Part shown: positions 1-9,198 of the stretch, piece after piece
How the letters are laid out: each line of letters starts with the position of its first letter
How positions within the stretch are numbered: position 1 is the stretch's first letter
From: an uncultured delta proteobacterium
GTDB lineage: Bacteria > Desulfobacterota > Syntrophobacteria > BM002
Assembly (NCBI GenBank): GCA_963712115.1
Contig: CAVQGX010000027.1
Coordinates: 91,111 to 155,110, forward strand
Reading direction: 5' to 3'
Length of the DNA stretch: 64,000 bases
The notes under the pieces: generated by a model
Databases searched by the model: none
What the model was told of the DNA's origin: nothing
What the model saw: the letters and a program-made list of their open reading frames with translations, nothing else
Program-made: the position numbers and the translations under genes

Positions 1-86
1 CTGCAAAACGTAAAAGAGCTAAGGAGCCGCTCAGGCTAATAAAATAACCGCAGCGTTGAGTCCCTTGGCGAATAATTAGAGGAAAG

Positions 87-236
87 CAGAACAAACAATT
101 CCTATGGTCTTAGAATCGGATGCGTGAGTTCTGCTTTCCAAAATTATGTGATAATTTAATTAGTTATTCGGCCTAAAATTTCTTCTTTTGCACCGGATTC
201 CACTTTTTCTCGCCAAAATCGGAACTTATAGTTCTG
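87..236 (+). promoter_or_regulatory. Three putative enhancer (UAS) palindromes, consensus CGGAAC-N5-GTTCCG, upstream of the kamA operon
   Basis: CAGAAC-AAACA-ATTCCT at 87-103, CGGATG-CGTGA-GTTCTG at 117-133, CGGAAC-TTATA-GTTCTG at 220-236; motif and spacing recur at 8183-8333. Confidence 0.65.
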
Positions 237-289
237 GCACGTCTGCACTGATCAAAAACAAACATAAAAATATTAATAGGTTATGCAAA

Positions 290-304
290 TGGCACGTTGT
301 TTGC
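290..304 (+). promoter_or_regulatory. sigma54 (-24/-12) promoter of the kamA operon
   Basis: TGGCAC-GTTGT-TTGC matches TGGCAC-N5-TTGC; AT-rich IHF-like TATTAATAGGTTA just upstream. Confidence 0.85.
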
Positions 305-420
305 CATGGTTGAAAGTCGGCCCCACTAATAGTTTGTGGGTTGAATGGAGCGTTATTTCCTAAAATCCGGCACGATTGATTTTCATTGTGGCCGTGCCCA
401 GTAAAAGGAGGCGAGGAGAG

Positions 421-1758
421 ATGAAAACGGTAATTCCTTGTCCAGAAGAAATTGAACCTTTGGGTTGCCTGCCCAGGTCTGGGCAGGTGGAGGAGAATTC
501 CTCAAAGGACCAAATATTTGTTGAGTACAGGAAATCCAGGTCCGGCAAGAAGACCTATGGTATTTCAAGATTTCCTGCAAGTTTACGTTCTTCAACTTTC
601 CGCAGACGTTTCTTTTCTGAAGCGACCAGCGCTGAGTGGAACCATTGGCGCTGGCAGCTGGCTAACCGAATCAGCAATCTTTCCCAACTGGAGCGCATCA
701 TTCGGCTCAGCGACGATGAGCGCCATGGTATTGGCCGCAATGGTAATTCACTTCCTCTGGCCATAACCCCTTACTATGCGAGCCTCCTGGACGAAGAAAA
801 TCCGTTGCAACCCCTGCGGCGTACCGTGGTGCCGGTAAAAGGGGAGCACCTGCACTCCCAGGGCGAAGCGGAAGATCCCCTGGAAGAAGATCATGATAGC
901 CCTGTGCCAGGGATAGTCCACCGCTATCCTGACAGGGTCCTTTTTCTGGTTACGGACTTCTGTTCCACTTACTGCCGTTATTGCACTCGTTCTCGCATGG
1001 TTGGTCACAATAGAGCCTTTAGGCCGGAGCATTGGCAACAGGGCATCGACTACATCAAAGCTACGCCGGCAGTCAGGGATGTGCTGCTATCCGGTGGCGA
1101 CCCGTTGACCCTGCCGGACGAGAAACTTGAATGGCTCCTGTCCCGGCTAAGGAGGATTCCCCATGTGGAACTGTTGCGCATTGGCAGCAAAGTGCCTGTG
1201 GTTTTGCCACAGCGGATTACAGCATCCCTCACCAGGATGCTAAAGCGCTACCACCCACTCTGGATGAGTATTCATTTCACCCACCCAGATGAACTTACTC
1301 CTGAGTCAAGTCAGGCCTGCGAACGACTGGCGGATGCCGGCATTCCTTTGGGCAGTCAGACTGTGTTGCTGGCCGGAATCAATGATGATGTGGAAACCAT
1401 GAAACGATTAGTTCACGGGCTACTGAAGATTCGGGTGAAGCCCTACTACCTCTATCAGTGCGATCCTATTTTGGGATCGGCTCATTTCCGCACACCTGTT
1501 GGCAAGGGCCTTGAGATCATTCAGGGTTTGCGAGGTCACACTAGCGGTTATGCGGTGCCCACTTATGCCATCGACGCCCCGGGAGGCGGTGGCAAGATTC
1601 CCTTGCTTCCCGATTACCTTGTCGGCCGTGAGGGTGATTACCTTGTTCTAAAAAATTATGAGGGCCGGACATTTTACTATCCTGACCCCCCTCCACCCCA
1701 AAGCCACTCCGCCGGCACTCCTTTGAGGCCAGAAGCTGGGGAGAGGAGAAGTTGCTGA
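421..1758 (+). CDS. kamA: KamA-family radical SAM enzyme, probably lysine 2,3-aminomutase
   Basis: HRYPDRVL, CSTYCRYCTR (CxxxCxxC), SGGDPL, YLYQCD and DAPGGGGK (PLP lysine); ATG at 421 follows GAGGAG; start uncertain. Confidence 0.88.
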   Translation: MKTVIPCPEEIEPLGCLPRSGQVEENSSKDQIFVEYRKSRSGKKTYGISRFPASLRSSTFRRRFFSEATSAEWNHWRWQLANRISNLSQLERIIRLSDDERHGIGRNGNSLPLAITPYYASLLDEENPLQPLRRTVVPVKGEHLHSQGEAEDPLEEDHDSPVPGIVHRYPDRVLFLVTDFCSTYCRYCTRSRMVGHNRAFRPEHWQQGIDYIKATPAVRDVLLSGGDPLTLPDEKLEWLLSRLRRIPHVELLRIGSKVPVVLPQRITASLTRMLKRYHPLWMSIHFTHPDELTPESSQACERLADAGIPLGSQTVLLAGINDDVETMKRLVHGLLKIRVKPYYLYQCDPILGSAHFRTPVGKGLEIIQGLRGHTSGYAVPTYAIDAPGGGGKIPLLPDYLVGREGDYLVLKNYEGRTFYYPDPPPPQSHSAGTPLRPEAGERRSC

Positions 1759-2822
1759 TGAAAATAGGCATTACCTATGACCTCCGAAAAGATTACCTGG
1801 TAGCGGGCTTCGGTGAGGAAGAGACCGCCGAGTTTGACTCGGAGGAAACCATTGCTGCCATTGACCGGGCTTTGCAAGATCTAGGGTACCGCACAGATCG
1901 CATAGGGAACATCAAGAGTCTCACCCGACGACTTGTTGCCGGGGATAGTTGGGATCTGGTTTTCAATATTGCCGAAGGTCTAAGGGGATTCGGCCGTGAA
2001 GCGCAAGTCCCGGCCCTGCTCGAAGCCCACGAAATACCGTATACATTTTCCGATCCCCTGGTACTGTCCCTCACTCTGCACAAAGGGATGGCCAAGCGCG
2101 TTGTCCGAGATTTAACCGTTCCCACGCCTGATTTCTTCCTGGTGGAGAACGAATCTGACCTACAGTTTATCGATCTTCCTTTTCCACTCTTTGCAAAACC
2201 AGTAGCCGAAGGTACCGGCAAGGGAGTCGATTCCGCCTCGAAAATTACCAATCGGAGAGATCTGCTATCCGTGTGCAGTCTCCTGCTGTCAAGGTACAAA
2301 CAGCCTGTACTGGTTGAGACCTTTTTGCCAGGACGGGAAGTTACTGTGGGTATCCTGGGAACGGGAAAAGATGCAGCGGTCATTGGTGCTATGGAAGTTG
2401 TTCTCCTAGAGAATGCTGAATCTGAAGTCTACTCGTACCGGAACAAGGAGAAGTGTGAGGAATTGGTGGAGTATCGTCCGGTCGATGGTGCTTTGCTAAC
2501 AGAGGCGAGCAAGGTGGCCCTGCTTGCCTGGAGAGGCCTCGGCTGCCGGGATGCGGGCCGCCTCGATCTGCGTCAAGCTAAGGACGGCACTCTCATGTTC
2601 ATGGAGGTCAATCCCCTGGCCGGACTCCATCCCACCCATTCGGACCTATGCATCATCGCATCTCAGGTGGGAATTTCTTACAACGACTTGATCCAGGCGA
2701 TTGTTTCTTCGGCTTCGGCTCGCCACGGATTGAGGAGGAGAAGCTTTGAGGAGAAAAAAGGTCGGTATAGTTCACAACCAACCAGCCTCCCAAGGGCACG
2801 AAAATTGGGAAGCATCCATTGA
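1758..2822 (+). CDS. D-Ala-D-Ala ligase-like ATP-grasp enzyme 1
   Basis: VFNIAEG, KPVAEGTGKG, LPGREVT, GRLDLR, EVNPLAG; TGATG overlap with kamA; lacks the N-terminal GGxSxE motif of true Ddl. Confidence 0.85.
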   Translation: MKIGITYDLRKDYLVAGFGEEETAEFDSEETIAAIDRALQDLGYRTDRIGNIKSLTRRLVAGDSWDLVFNIAEGLRGFGREAQVPALLEAHEIPYTFSDPLVLSLTLHKGMAKRVVRDLTVPTPDFFLVENESDLQFIDLPFPLFAKPVAEGTGKGVDSASKITNRRDLLSVCSLLLSRYKQPVLVETFLPGREVTVGILGTGKDAAVIGAMEVVLLENAESEVYSYRNKEKCEELVEYRPVDGALLTEASKVALLAWRGLGCRDAGRLDLRQAKDGTLMFMEVNPLAGLHPTHSDLCIIASQVGISYNDLIQAIVSSASARHGLRRRSFEEKKGRYSSQPTSLPRARKLGSIH

Positions 2823-3759
2823 CGTTATTGCCCAGGTGGAAGCCATTGAGAAGGCGCTCGAGGCTTTGGACCACTCGTCGGTGAGGATTCCCTTTACCCG
2901 TGATCTCCATGGCTTCACTCAGAGATTCAAGGAGCAAGTGGTGGACATCGTCTTCAATCTCTGTGAAACTGTTGATGAAGATCCCCACCTCGTCTGGCAT
3001 GCAGCAGCCGTCTTTGAGCTCCTGAACGTGCCCTTCACCGGTTCTAATTCCGCAGCCCTGGTGCTTACCACCGACAAGCTTATTGGCAAACGACTGCTGA
3101 AGGGCAGGCAAATCAGGACGCCCAATTATATAGCCTACAATGGCTCGCGGGAATTCAATACTGCCCTACTCAAATTTCCGGTGATCGTCAAACCGAGGTT
3201 TGAGGACGCAAGTATTGGTATTGATCAGGACTCGATCTTCGAAAATGACCAGGAACTTCGAGAAGGACTGAAACAGTTTTTGGACCGATTCGGCCCGCTA
3301 TTGATAGAAGAATACATTCCGGGCAGGGAATTCAACCTAACTCTTTTGGGGTATCCGACGGCAAGTGTACTCCCCATAGGGGAGATCGATTTTTCCGCTT
3401 TTCCCGAAGATCTTTACCCCATTGTCGGTTACCGGGCCAAATGGGATAAGGCTTCTTTCGAATACCACCATAGTCCCAGAAGGTTTCCACAAGATCTAGC
3501 CCGGTCGTTGTCAAAAAAAATGGAGAGGGTGGCCCTCGAGTGTTTCCACCTCTTTATGGTGAGAGATTACGGACGAGTTGATCTGAGGGTTGATGACCAG
3601 GGCAAGATATATGTTCTCGAGGTGAACGGGAATCCTTGTCTGAGCCCTGATGCCGGCTTTGCCGCCTCGGCCCGAGAGTCGGGACTGGACTATGGGGATA
3701 TGATAGGCATGATCGTTGATTTTGCCATTCAAAGGGAAGAGGGCAGCACCACCCAGTGA
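2746..3759 (+). CDS. D-Ala-D-Ala ligase-like ATP-grasp enzyme 2
   Basis: VFNLCE, PFTGS, KPRFEDASIGI, EEYIPGREF, YGRVDLR, EVNGNP; TTG start overlaps the upstream gene. Confidence 0.85.
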   Translation: MRRKKVGIVHNQPASQGHENWEASIDVIAQVEAIEKALEALDHSSVRIPFTRDLHGFTQRFKEQVVDIVFNLCETVDEDPHLVWHAAAVFELLNVPFTGSNSAALVLTTDKLIGKRLLKGRQIRTPNYIAYNGSREFNTALLKFPVIVKPRFEDASIGIDQDSIFENDQELREGLKQFLDRFGPLLIEEYIPGREFNLTLLGYPTASVLPIGEIDFSAFPEDLYPIVGYRAKWDKASFEYHHSPRRFPQDLARSLSKKMERVALECFHLFMVRDYGRVDLRVDDQGKIYVLEVNGNPCLSPDAGFAASARESGLDYGDMIGMIVDFAIQREEGSTTQ

Positions 3760-3798
3760 TGGTAAAGCCTGCGGCCTGTTAACGGGCGAAAGGGAAAA

Positions 3799-5583
3799 AT
3801 GTTTCGAATTCGTCGAATCTACGATGACACCTTGCCCGTGGATAAAGATGCCATTGTGCAGGTTCAGCAAATCTTGCTGGAGCAGTTTCCATTATTGTGG
3901 AAGGAAAAAATCACCGAACTTACAGAGCAACTGCGGAACCCACTGAAATACCGGTTCAGGTCTATTCTTCTCGTTGCCGAAGGCGCACGGAATCGAGTCA
4001 AAGGCTTTGCTCTCCTTCAACACGCCCCAGACCTACAATTTTGCTATTTGGACTTCATGGCAGCAGGGCGGTGGCAGACGGGAGGTGGAGTCGGTGGCGG
4101 CCTCTATGAAAGGGTAAGGGAAGAAGCCTTCTCCATGAAGGCTGTTGGCCTTTTCTTCGAGTGTTTGCCCGATGACCAAACATTGTGTCGCGACCCGGAG
4201 ATATTGAAACAAAATGTTGCCAGGCTCCGCTTCTATGAAAAATACGGAGCGCGGCCCATAGTGAACACGGCGTACGAGACACCACTCGGCCAGGACGATG
4301 ACTGCCCACCCTATCTGGTCTGCGACAATCTCGGCAGAGACAAAACGTTGCGCCGCTACAAAATGAAAAGCATTGCGCAGGCCATACTCAGAAGAAAATA
4401 CGGCGACTTGTGCCCTCCAAAATATATAAAGATGGTGGTAGAGTCCTTCAAAGACGACCCGGTCCGACTCAGAGGTCCCAGGTACGTAAAAGATGAACCT
4501 CCCATCGAGGTAAGGCCTGTCAGGTCCATTGAAAAGAGCATCGCCCTGGTTGTGAATGACAAGCACACCATTCACCACGTTCATAACCGAGGGTATGTGG
4601 AATCACCCGTGCGGATAAGGGCTATTCTAAGGGAAATTGAGCCAACTGGAATTTTTGAGAAGATAAAAGTTCGGCACTTTTCTGACAAATACATCAAAGC
4701 CGTTCATGACGGCCAGTTTGTGGAGTACCTGAAACGAGTGTGCAACCACCTTGAACCGGGAAAATCAGTATACCCTTATGTATTTCCCATTCGAAATGTT
4801 GCTCGGCCCCCCAAGGTTTTACCGATCAGAGCGGGTTACTACTGCATCGACACCTTCACCCCACTGAACGAGAATGCTTACCTTGCGGCCAAAAGGTCAG
4901 TTGACTGCGCCTTGACCGCGGCCCAAAAGATCCTCGAAGGGTATCGCCTAGCCTATGCTTTGGTGCGCCCTCCCGGGCACCACGCCGAGCACCGCGCCTT
5001 CGGTGGATTCTGCTACTTCAATTCTGCCGCGATTGCAGCTCAGTACTTGAGCTCTTACGGAAAAGTGGCAATGCTGGATCTGGATTACCACCACGGAAAT
5101 GGGGCCCAGAACATTTTCTACAAACGCGCAGATGTATTGACCATATCGATCCACGGCCATCCACGTTTTGCCTACCCCTATTTCAGCGGCTTTGAAGATG
5201 AAAAAGGAGAGTCCGCCGGGTTCGGATACAATATGAATGTCCCCTTGCCGGAAGAAGTGAGCGGGGAAGCATACAGGGAAGCCCTTAAGAAGGTGCTGAA
5301 GCGGATAGAGAAGTTCCAACCTCAATTTCTCGTGGTTCCCCTGGGTTATGATCCCGCCAAAGAGGATCCCACCGGTTCGTGGGGTTTGCGTGCCAGGGAT
5401 TTCAGGCTTAATGGAGAAATGGTCGGCTCCCTGAGGTTACCCACGATTGTCGTTCAGGAGGGAGGCTACAGAGTTCGCTCCCTGGGGATCAATTCCCGTA
5501 ATTTCTTTACCGGCTTGTGGTCAGGTTTCCATCTTCGTAGCCCTTCAACCGTAAGCTCACACCAGAGAAGTAAGCGCAAGTGA
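3799..5583 (+). CDS. Fusion of an N-terminal GNAT-like domain and a histone deacetylase/acetylpolyamine amidohydrolase domain
   Basis: N-terminal GGGVGGGLY and LRFYEKYG (GNAT motifs); C-terminal RPPGHHA, GGFCYFN, LDLDYHHGNG, GYDP, QEGGY (intact Zn deacetylase motifs). Confidence 0.88.
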   Translation: MFRIRRIYDDTLPVDKDAIVQVQQILLEQFPLLWKEKITELTEQLRNPLKYRFRSILLVAEGARNRVKGFALLQHAPDLQFCYLDFMAAGRWQTGGGVGGGLYERVREEAFSMKAVGLFFECLPDDQTLCRDPEILKQNVARLRFYEKYGARPIVNTAYETPLGQDDDCPPYLVCDNLGRDKTLRRYKMKSIAQAILRRKYGDLCPPKYIKMVVESFKDDPVRLRGPRYVKDEPPIEVRPVRSIEKSIALVVNDKHTIHHVHNRGYVESPVRIRAILREIEPTGIFEKIKVRHFSDKYIKAVHDGQFVEYLKRVCNHLEPGKSVYPYVFPIRNVARPPKVLPIRAGYYCIDTFTPLNENAYLAAKRSVDCALTAAQKILEGYRLAYALVRPPGHHAEHRAFGGFCYFNSAAIAAQYLSSYGKVAMLDLDYHHGNGAQNIFYKRADVLTISIHGHPRFAYPYFSGFEDEKGESAGFGYNMNVPLPEEVSGEAYREALKKVLKRIEKFQPQFLVVPLGYDPAKEDPTGSWGLRARDFRLNGEMVGSLRLPTIVVQEGGYRVRSLGINSRNFFTGLWSGFHLRSPSTVSSHQRSKRK

Positions 5584-6068
5584 ACTTCAAAGGAATCTCT
5601 TATCGAGACAAGCCAATCCCCTCCGATGTTGACAGTATCCTGAACATTGTCAAGTCTTCCGGATTTTTTTCTACGGAAGAAGTTGAAATGGCAGTGGAGT
5701 TGGTGCAAGAAAACCTTTCTAAAGGAGAGTCGAGCGGCTATTGTTTTTTATTGGTTGAATTCAATGAGCGAGTTGTTGGTTACAGTTGCTATGGACCGAT
5801 TCCGTGCACCAAAGAAAGTTACGACCTTTACTGGATTGCCGTCCTCCATGACTTTAGAAGCAGGGGAATTGGCCGGGACTTGTTGGAAAGGACCGAGAAG
5901 AAAATAGGGAAAATGGGGGGTAGACGAATCTACGTGGATACCTCTTCCCGTGATCAGTACGAACCAACACGCTCATTCTACCGGGCTAACGGCTACGAGC
6001 AGGAAGGTGTTCTGAAGGATTTTTACTCTCCTGGGGATGATAAAATTATATACGTCAAACAATTATAG
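5580..6068 (+). CDS. GNAT family N-acetyltransferase
   Basis: LYWIAV-RSRGIGRDLL and FYRANGY motifs; GTGA overlap with the previous gene. Confidence 0.88.
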   Translation: MNFKGISYRDKPIPSDVDSILNIVKSSGFFSTEEVEMAVELVQENLSKGESSGYCFLLVEFNERVVGYSCYGPIPCTKESYDLYWIAVLHDFRSRGIGRDLLERTEKKIGKMGGRRIYVDTSSRDQYEPTRSFYRANGYEQEGVLKDFYSPGDDKIIYVKQL

Positions 6069-6161
6069 TGGGAAGGCAATGGTTTAAACCCCAGGAACTT
6101 CCCTAAAAAAACCGTTGCAGGCCAGAAAAATTCGATGGAATTCCCTGGCCGAGCTATTGTG

Positions 6162-6428
6162 CTACAGTTCAGAATCCACTTCATCTTCGAAAACCTCCCT
6201 GATAGTGAATTTGCTTTTATTAAGCTTATCTATTAACAACTCGTACATTCCAAAAAACTGCTCTAGGGTCTTTAAAAGGTTTGGCCCGATTTTTTCAAAA
6301 CAATTGGGACACCTCAACTCAAGGTTATCGTTAATTTTTTCAATGAATTCAGAAGTGTTAACCGTGAATGTTGAGCCGCATTCATGGCCGAGAATAAACC
6401 ATCTAGTCCCCTCTTTCTCTGTTTTCAT
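6162..6428 (-). CDS. Small hypothetical protein, possible Zn ribbon
   Basis: HECG and CPNC motifs; AAGGA upstream; AT-rich. Confidence 0.55.
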   Translation of the reverse strand: MKTEKEGTRWFILGHECGSTFTVNTSEFIEKINDNLELRCPNCFEKIGPNLLKTLEQFFGMYELLIDKLNKSKFTIREVFEDEVDSEL

Positions 6429-6475
6429 TTGGAATTTCCTTTAATCTCATAAGTTAGAGCCAAACACTCAGACAT

Positions 6476-6506
6476 GGAAAAACGGGCTTTCTTAGCCCGT
6501 TTTTCC
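6476..6506. terminator. Hairpin with A/T tails, possible bidirectional terminator
   Basis: GGAAAAACGGGCT-TTCTT-AGCCCGTTTTTCC. Confidence 0.5.
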
Positions 6507-6770
6507 CCGTCCCGATTCAGGGAAAAAATATTTTGGCCTGAGGTTGCAAAGGAACAAATATTATCTTATAAGCGATTCAAAGCAAGCGGAAAGATTAGAA
6601 GGGCATTATAAGTTCTCATGGTGTGCATTACGGAACCTGAATTGGTGTTTGTTTTGACTGAACAAATTTCCACCCTTGATTTTCACTTTTGCAATATAAT
6701 TGCCGGTCGGACGAGTTAGTTTAACAGGGAAATCTCCAAGGGTAGACAAAATGGGTCCCGGGAGGGGCGA

Positions 6771-8180
6771 ATGAAATTTGTTCTGGTTGTTGCCAGGGAA
6801 CAAGACATTGTCCAGACCATAATGGGGTGTTTTGGCTCTGACTGCAAGGTGAACCGGGCAGCGGACAGAGATGATGCTTTGGAGATGCTGGGAACGAGGC
6901 GCTATGATCTTATCTTTCTTGATCTGGAGATAGTTCAGGGCTCATTAGGGGACAAGGACTATGAAACCGCCTTGCAACAGTTCCGCAATTTGCAGCCTTC
7001 TGTCGAGATTGTTGTGATGTCGCCGCAAGCAATGGTCAGGGAGGCGGTAAAGGCGGTTAAGGCGGGTGCGAGCGACTATATTACTTATCCTATCGATCCT
7101 GAGGAGGTTAACCATGTAACGGAGACCATCAATGAGGCCATAATCCTCCAGTCTGAACTGGACTATTTGAGAGACCGGTTTTGGCAATCGGATTACATGG
7201 ACTTGGTCAAGACCAAGAGTCCGGCGATGCAAGAAGTCTTCTCAAGTATCCGCTCTGTAGCTCCAACCAAAAGTACCGTTTTGCTCATCGGCGAAACGGG
7301 TACGGGCAAAGGTCTTATAGCAAGACTCATTCATCAGCACAGTAACCGCCGAGATGCTCAATTTATCAGTGTCCACTGTGGCGCCATTCCAGACACGCTG
7401 GTGGAAAGCGAGTTGTTCGGCCATGAAAAAGGTGCTTTCACCGGCGCAATTCGGAAAAAGCTGGGGAAGTTTGAAATTGCCAAAGGGGGGACTATTTTTT
7501 TAGATGAAATTGGCACCATAACACCTTCCGCTCAGATAAAGCTCTTACAGGTTTTACAGGACGGAACTTTTCAAAGGGTTGGAGGAGAGGATACTATACA
7601 AGCCAATGTCAGAGTGATCGCCGCCACAAACATGGATCTCGGAATGATGTGCGACGATGGCCAATTCAGAAAAGATCTTTACTACCGGTTAAATGTGTTT
7701 CCAGTGGAAATCCCGCCCCTGAGGGAGAGAAAAGAGGATATTCCACATATTGCTCAGTTAATCCTGCAAAGATTAGAGAAGTTCAATAAAAGACAGATCC
7801 GATCTATAAATAGCAGCGTGATGGAAGGCTTCATGAAGTACGCCTGGCCAGGAAATGTCCGAGAACTGGAAAACTTGTTAGAGCGTGCCTATATTCTGGA
7901 AAACTCCTCAGTGCTTACAGTAGAAAGTTTTCCGGCTGAACTTCTTCCATCTCAAGACGTTTCGGCAGGGGTGGAGGTGGATTCTTCCCTTCCCTTGGCT
8001 GAGGTTAGAAATAGAGGGGTTGAGGATATTGAGCGGCGATACCTGCGAGAACTTCTCGCCAGCAAACGAGGAAGAATAAAGGAGTCGGCTGAGGTCGCCG
8101 GCATCAGTACCCGGCAGCTGCACAAGCTGCTCAACAAATACCAAATTAGAAAAGAGGAATTCAAGCAGCGAAATAGTTAA
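6771..8180 (+). CDS. sigma54-dependent activator (NtrC type: receiver-like, AAA+, HTH)
   Basis: GETGTGK, ESELFGHEKGAFTGA, FLDEIG, WPGNVREL, C-terminal HTH; receiver domain degenerate. Confidence 0.93.
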   Translation: MKFVLVVAREQDIVQTIMGCFGSDCKVNRAADRDDALEMLGTRRYDLIFLDLEIVQGSLGDKDYETALQQFRNLQPSVEIVVMSPQAMVREAVKAVKAGASDYITYPIDPEEVNHVTETINEAIILQSELDYLRDRFWQSDYMDLVKTKSPAMQEVFSSIRSVAPTKSTVLLIGETGTGKGLIARLIHQHSNRRDAQFISVHCGAIPDTLVESELFGHEKGAFTGAIRKKLGKFEIAKGGTIFLDEIGTITPSAQIKLLQVLQDGTFQRVGGEDTIQANVRVIAATNMDLGMMCDDGQFRKDLYYRLNVFPVEIPPLRERKEDIPHIAQLILQRLEKFNKRQIRSINSSVMEGFMKYAWPGNVRELENLLERAYILENSSVLTVESFPAELLPSQDVSAGVEVDSSLPLAEVRNRGVEDIERRYLRELLASKRGRIKESAEVAGISTRQLHKLLNKYQIRKEEFKQRNS

Positions 8181-8182
8181 AG

Positions 8183-8333
8183 CGGAAATGGTAGTTCCGA
8201 CAAGGGAAAATTCGGTCCTGGCAGTTCTTCTTTAAGAATTAAATATATATTTCAAGGGATTGCGCGTAGGATTAAAAGCTAATTCATACCAGACCCATCC
8301 TCTCCCAGGCAGTGATCGGAAGCCGGAGTTCCG
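8183..8333 (+). promoter_or_regulatory. Three putative enhancer palindromes upstream of the 8471 gene
   Basis: CGGAAA-TGGTA-GTTCCG at 8183, CGGTCC-TGGCA-GTTCTT at 8213, CGGAAG-CCGGA-GTTCCG at 8317. Confidence 0.7.
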
Positions 8334-8387
8334 ATCGCCAGACTCACATCTCTCGTTAAATCCATAAATTACAATAGCTTATCTAAA

Positions 8388-8402
8388 TGGCACGTCTGTT
8401 GC
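8388..8402 (+). promoter_or_regulatory. sigma54 (-24/-12) promoter
   Basis: TGGCAC-GTCTG-TTGC; IHF-like TTACAATAGCTTA upstream. Confidence 0.85.
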
Positions 8403-8470
8403 CTACGCTTTGACTGGACCAAGGGATGAGCCGGGTACTCAAGTCTGGCTGCAATCGTTAGAGAGGACCA

Positions 8471-8728
8471 ATGGAAAATAAAGATGCAAGCAGTCTTAAG
8501 ACTGTAAGAGGACTCGTCATTCCGGTGGACTGGGACGATAAGGGCAATGTCACTGCCACGGCCATTTCGACTCACCTGGAAGAAGAGTACCTAGTAGACC
8601 AAGACGCTTGGGGTGAGGCGTTGCTGGCTTTCCTCCGCCAGAGGGTGAAAGTAAGCGGATCTGTAGTGCTAAAGAAAGATGGCAAAAAGGTCATTACAGT
8701 GAAGAAATATGAAGTGTTGGAAGAGTGA
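8471..8728 (+). CDS. Small hypothetical beta-rich protein, no signal peptide; paralog of the next gene
   Basis: RBS GAGGA; shares WDxxxNVTA...GS...GKKxIT with 8811-9137. Confidence 0.8.
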   Translation: MENKDASSLKTVRGLVIPVDWDDKGNVTATAISTHLEEEYLVDQDAWGEALLAFLRQRVKVSGSVVLKKDGKKVITVKKYEVLEE

Positions 8729-8810
8729 TCAATAAAGAAGTTTAATCTAAGAAGGTGCGGGAATTGTCCCGTTTTCTGTAGTGCGAACAAGAATTGAATA
8801 GGGAGGAAGA

Positions 8811-9137
8811 ATGATGTTGCTGCGAAAAAAAATTCTGCTGCCTGTCCTGAGTATTTTGGCGATTGTCGCCCTGATGGGCGCCGTACAGCTGTTTGCGGCC
8901 GCAGAAGAAGTAGAGATTGCTGGAACCGTCTTTGCCGCTGAGTGGGACGCCAACGACAATGTCACGGCTGTTGTCATTGCAACCGAGGAGGGGGAAGAAA
9001 TCGCTGTATCCACCTCGGGCAAGGGCATTGAACTCCTGAAGCTCGAAGAGAGAAATGTAAAAGCGACCGGTTCGATTGTCACGGATGAGGAAGGTCGGAA
9101 AACGATCACCATAACTAAATACATCGTCCAGGAATAG
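8811..9137 (+). CDS. Small secreted hypothetical protein; paralog of the previous gene
   Basis: RBS GGAGG; basic plus hydrophobic signal peptide; WDANDNVTA motif. Confidence 0.8.
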   Translation: MMLLRKKILLPVLSILAIVALMGAVQLFAAAEEVEIAGTVFAAEWDANDNVTAVVIATEEGEEIAVSTSGKGIELLKLEERNVKATGSIVTDEEGRKTITITKYIVQE

Positions 9138-9198
9138 AGCCGGAAAGCTCTTCGTCAGTTTAGAGAAGGGGAGCCCGTGTCAGCGGTCTTTTAGAAAT

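Noticed and set aside
235-250. Second TGGCACGTCTG, a possible sigma54 promoter
   Set aside because: No TTGC at the -12 position; the site at 290 fits the consensus fully
421-6068. Reading the operon as epmB, ablAB or cell-wall ddl
   Set aside because: No efp/epmA or mur genes, the GNAT is much shorter than AblB, and the ligases lack the Ddl N-terminal motif
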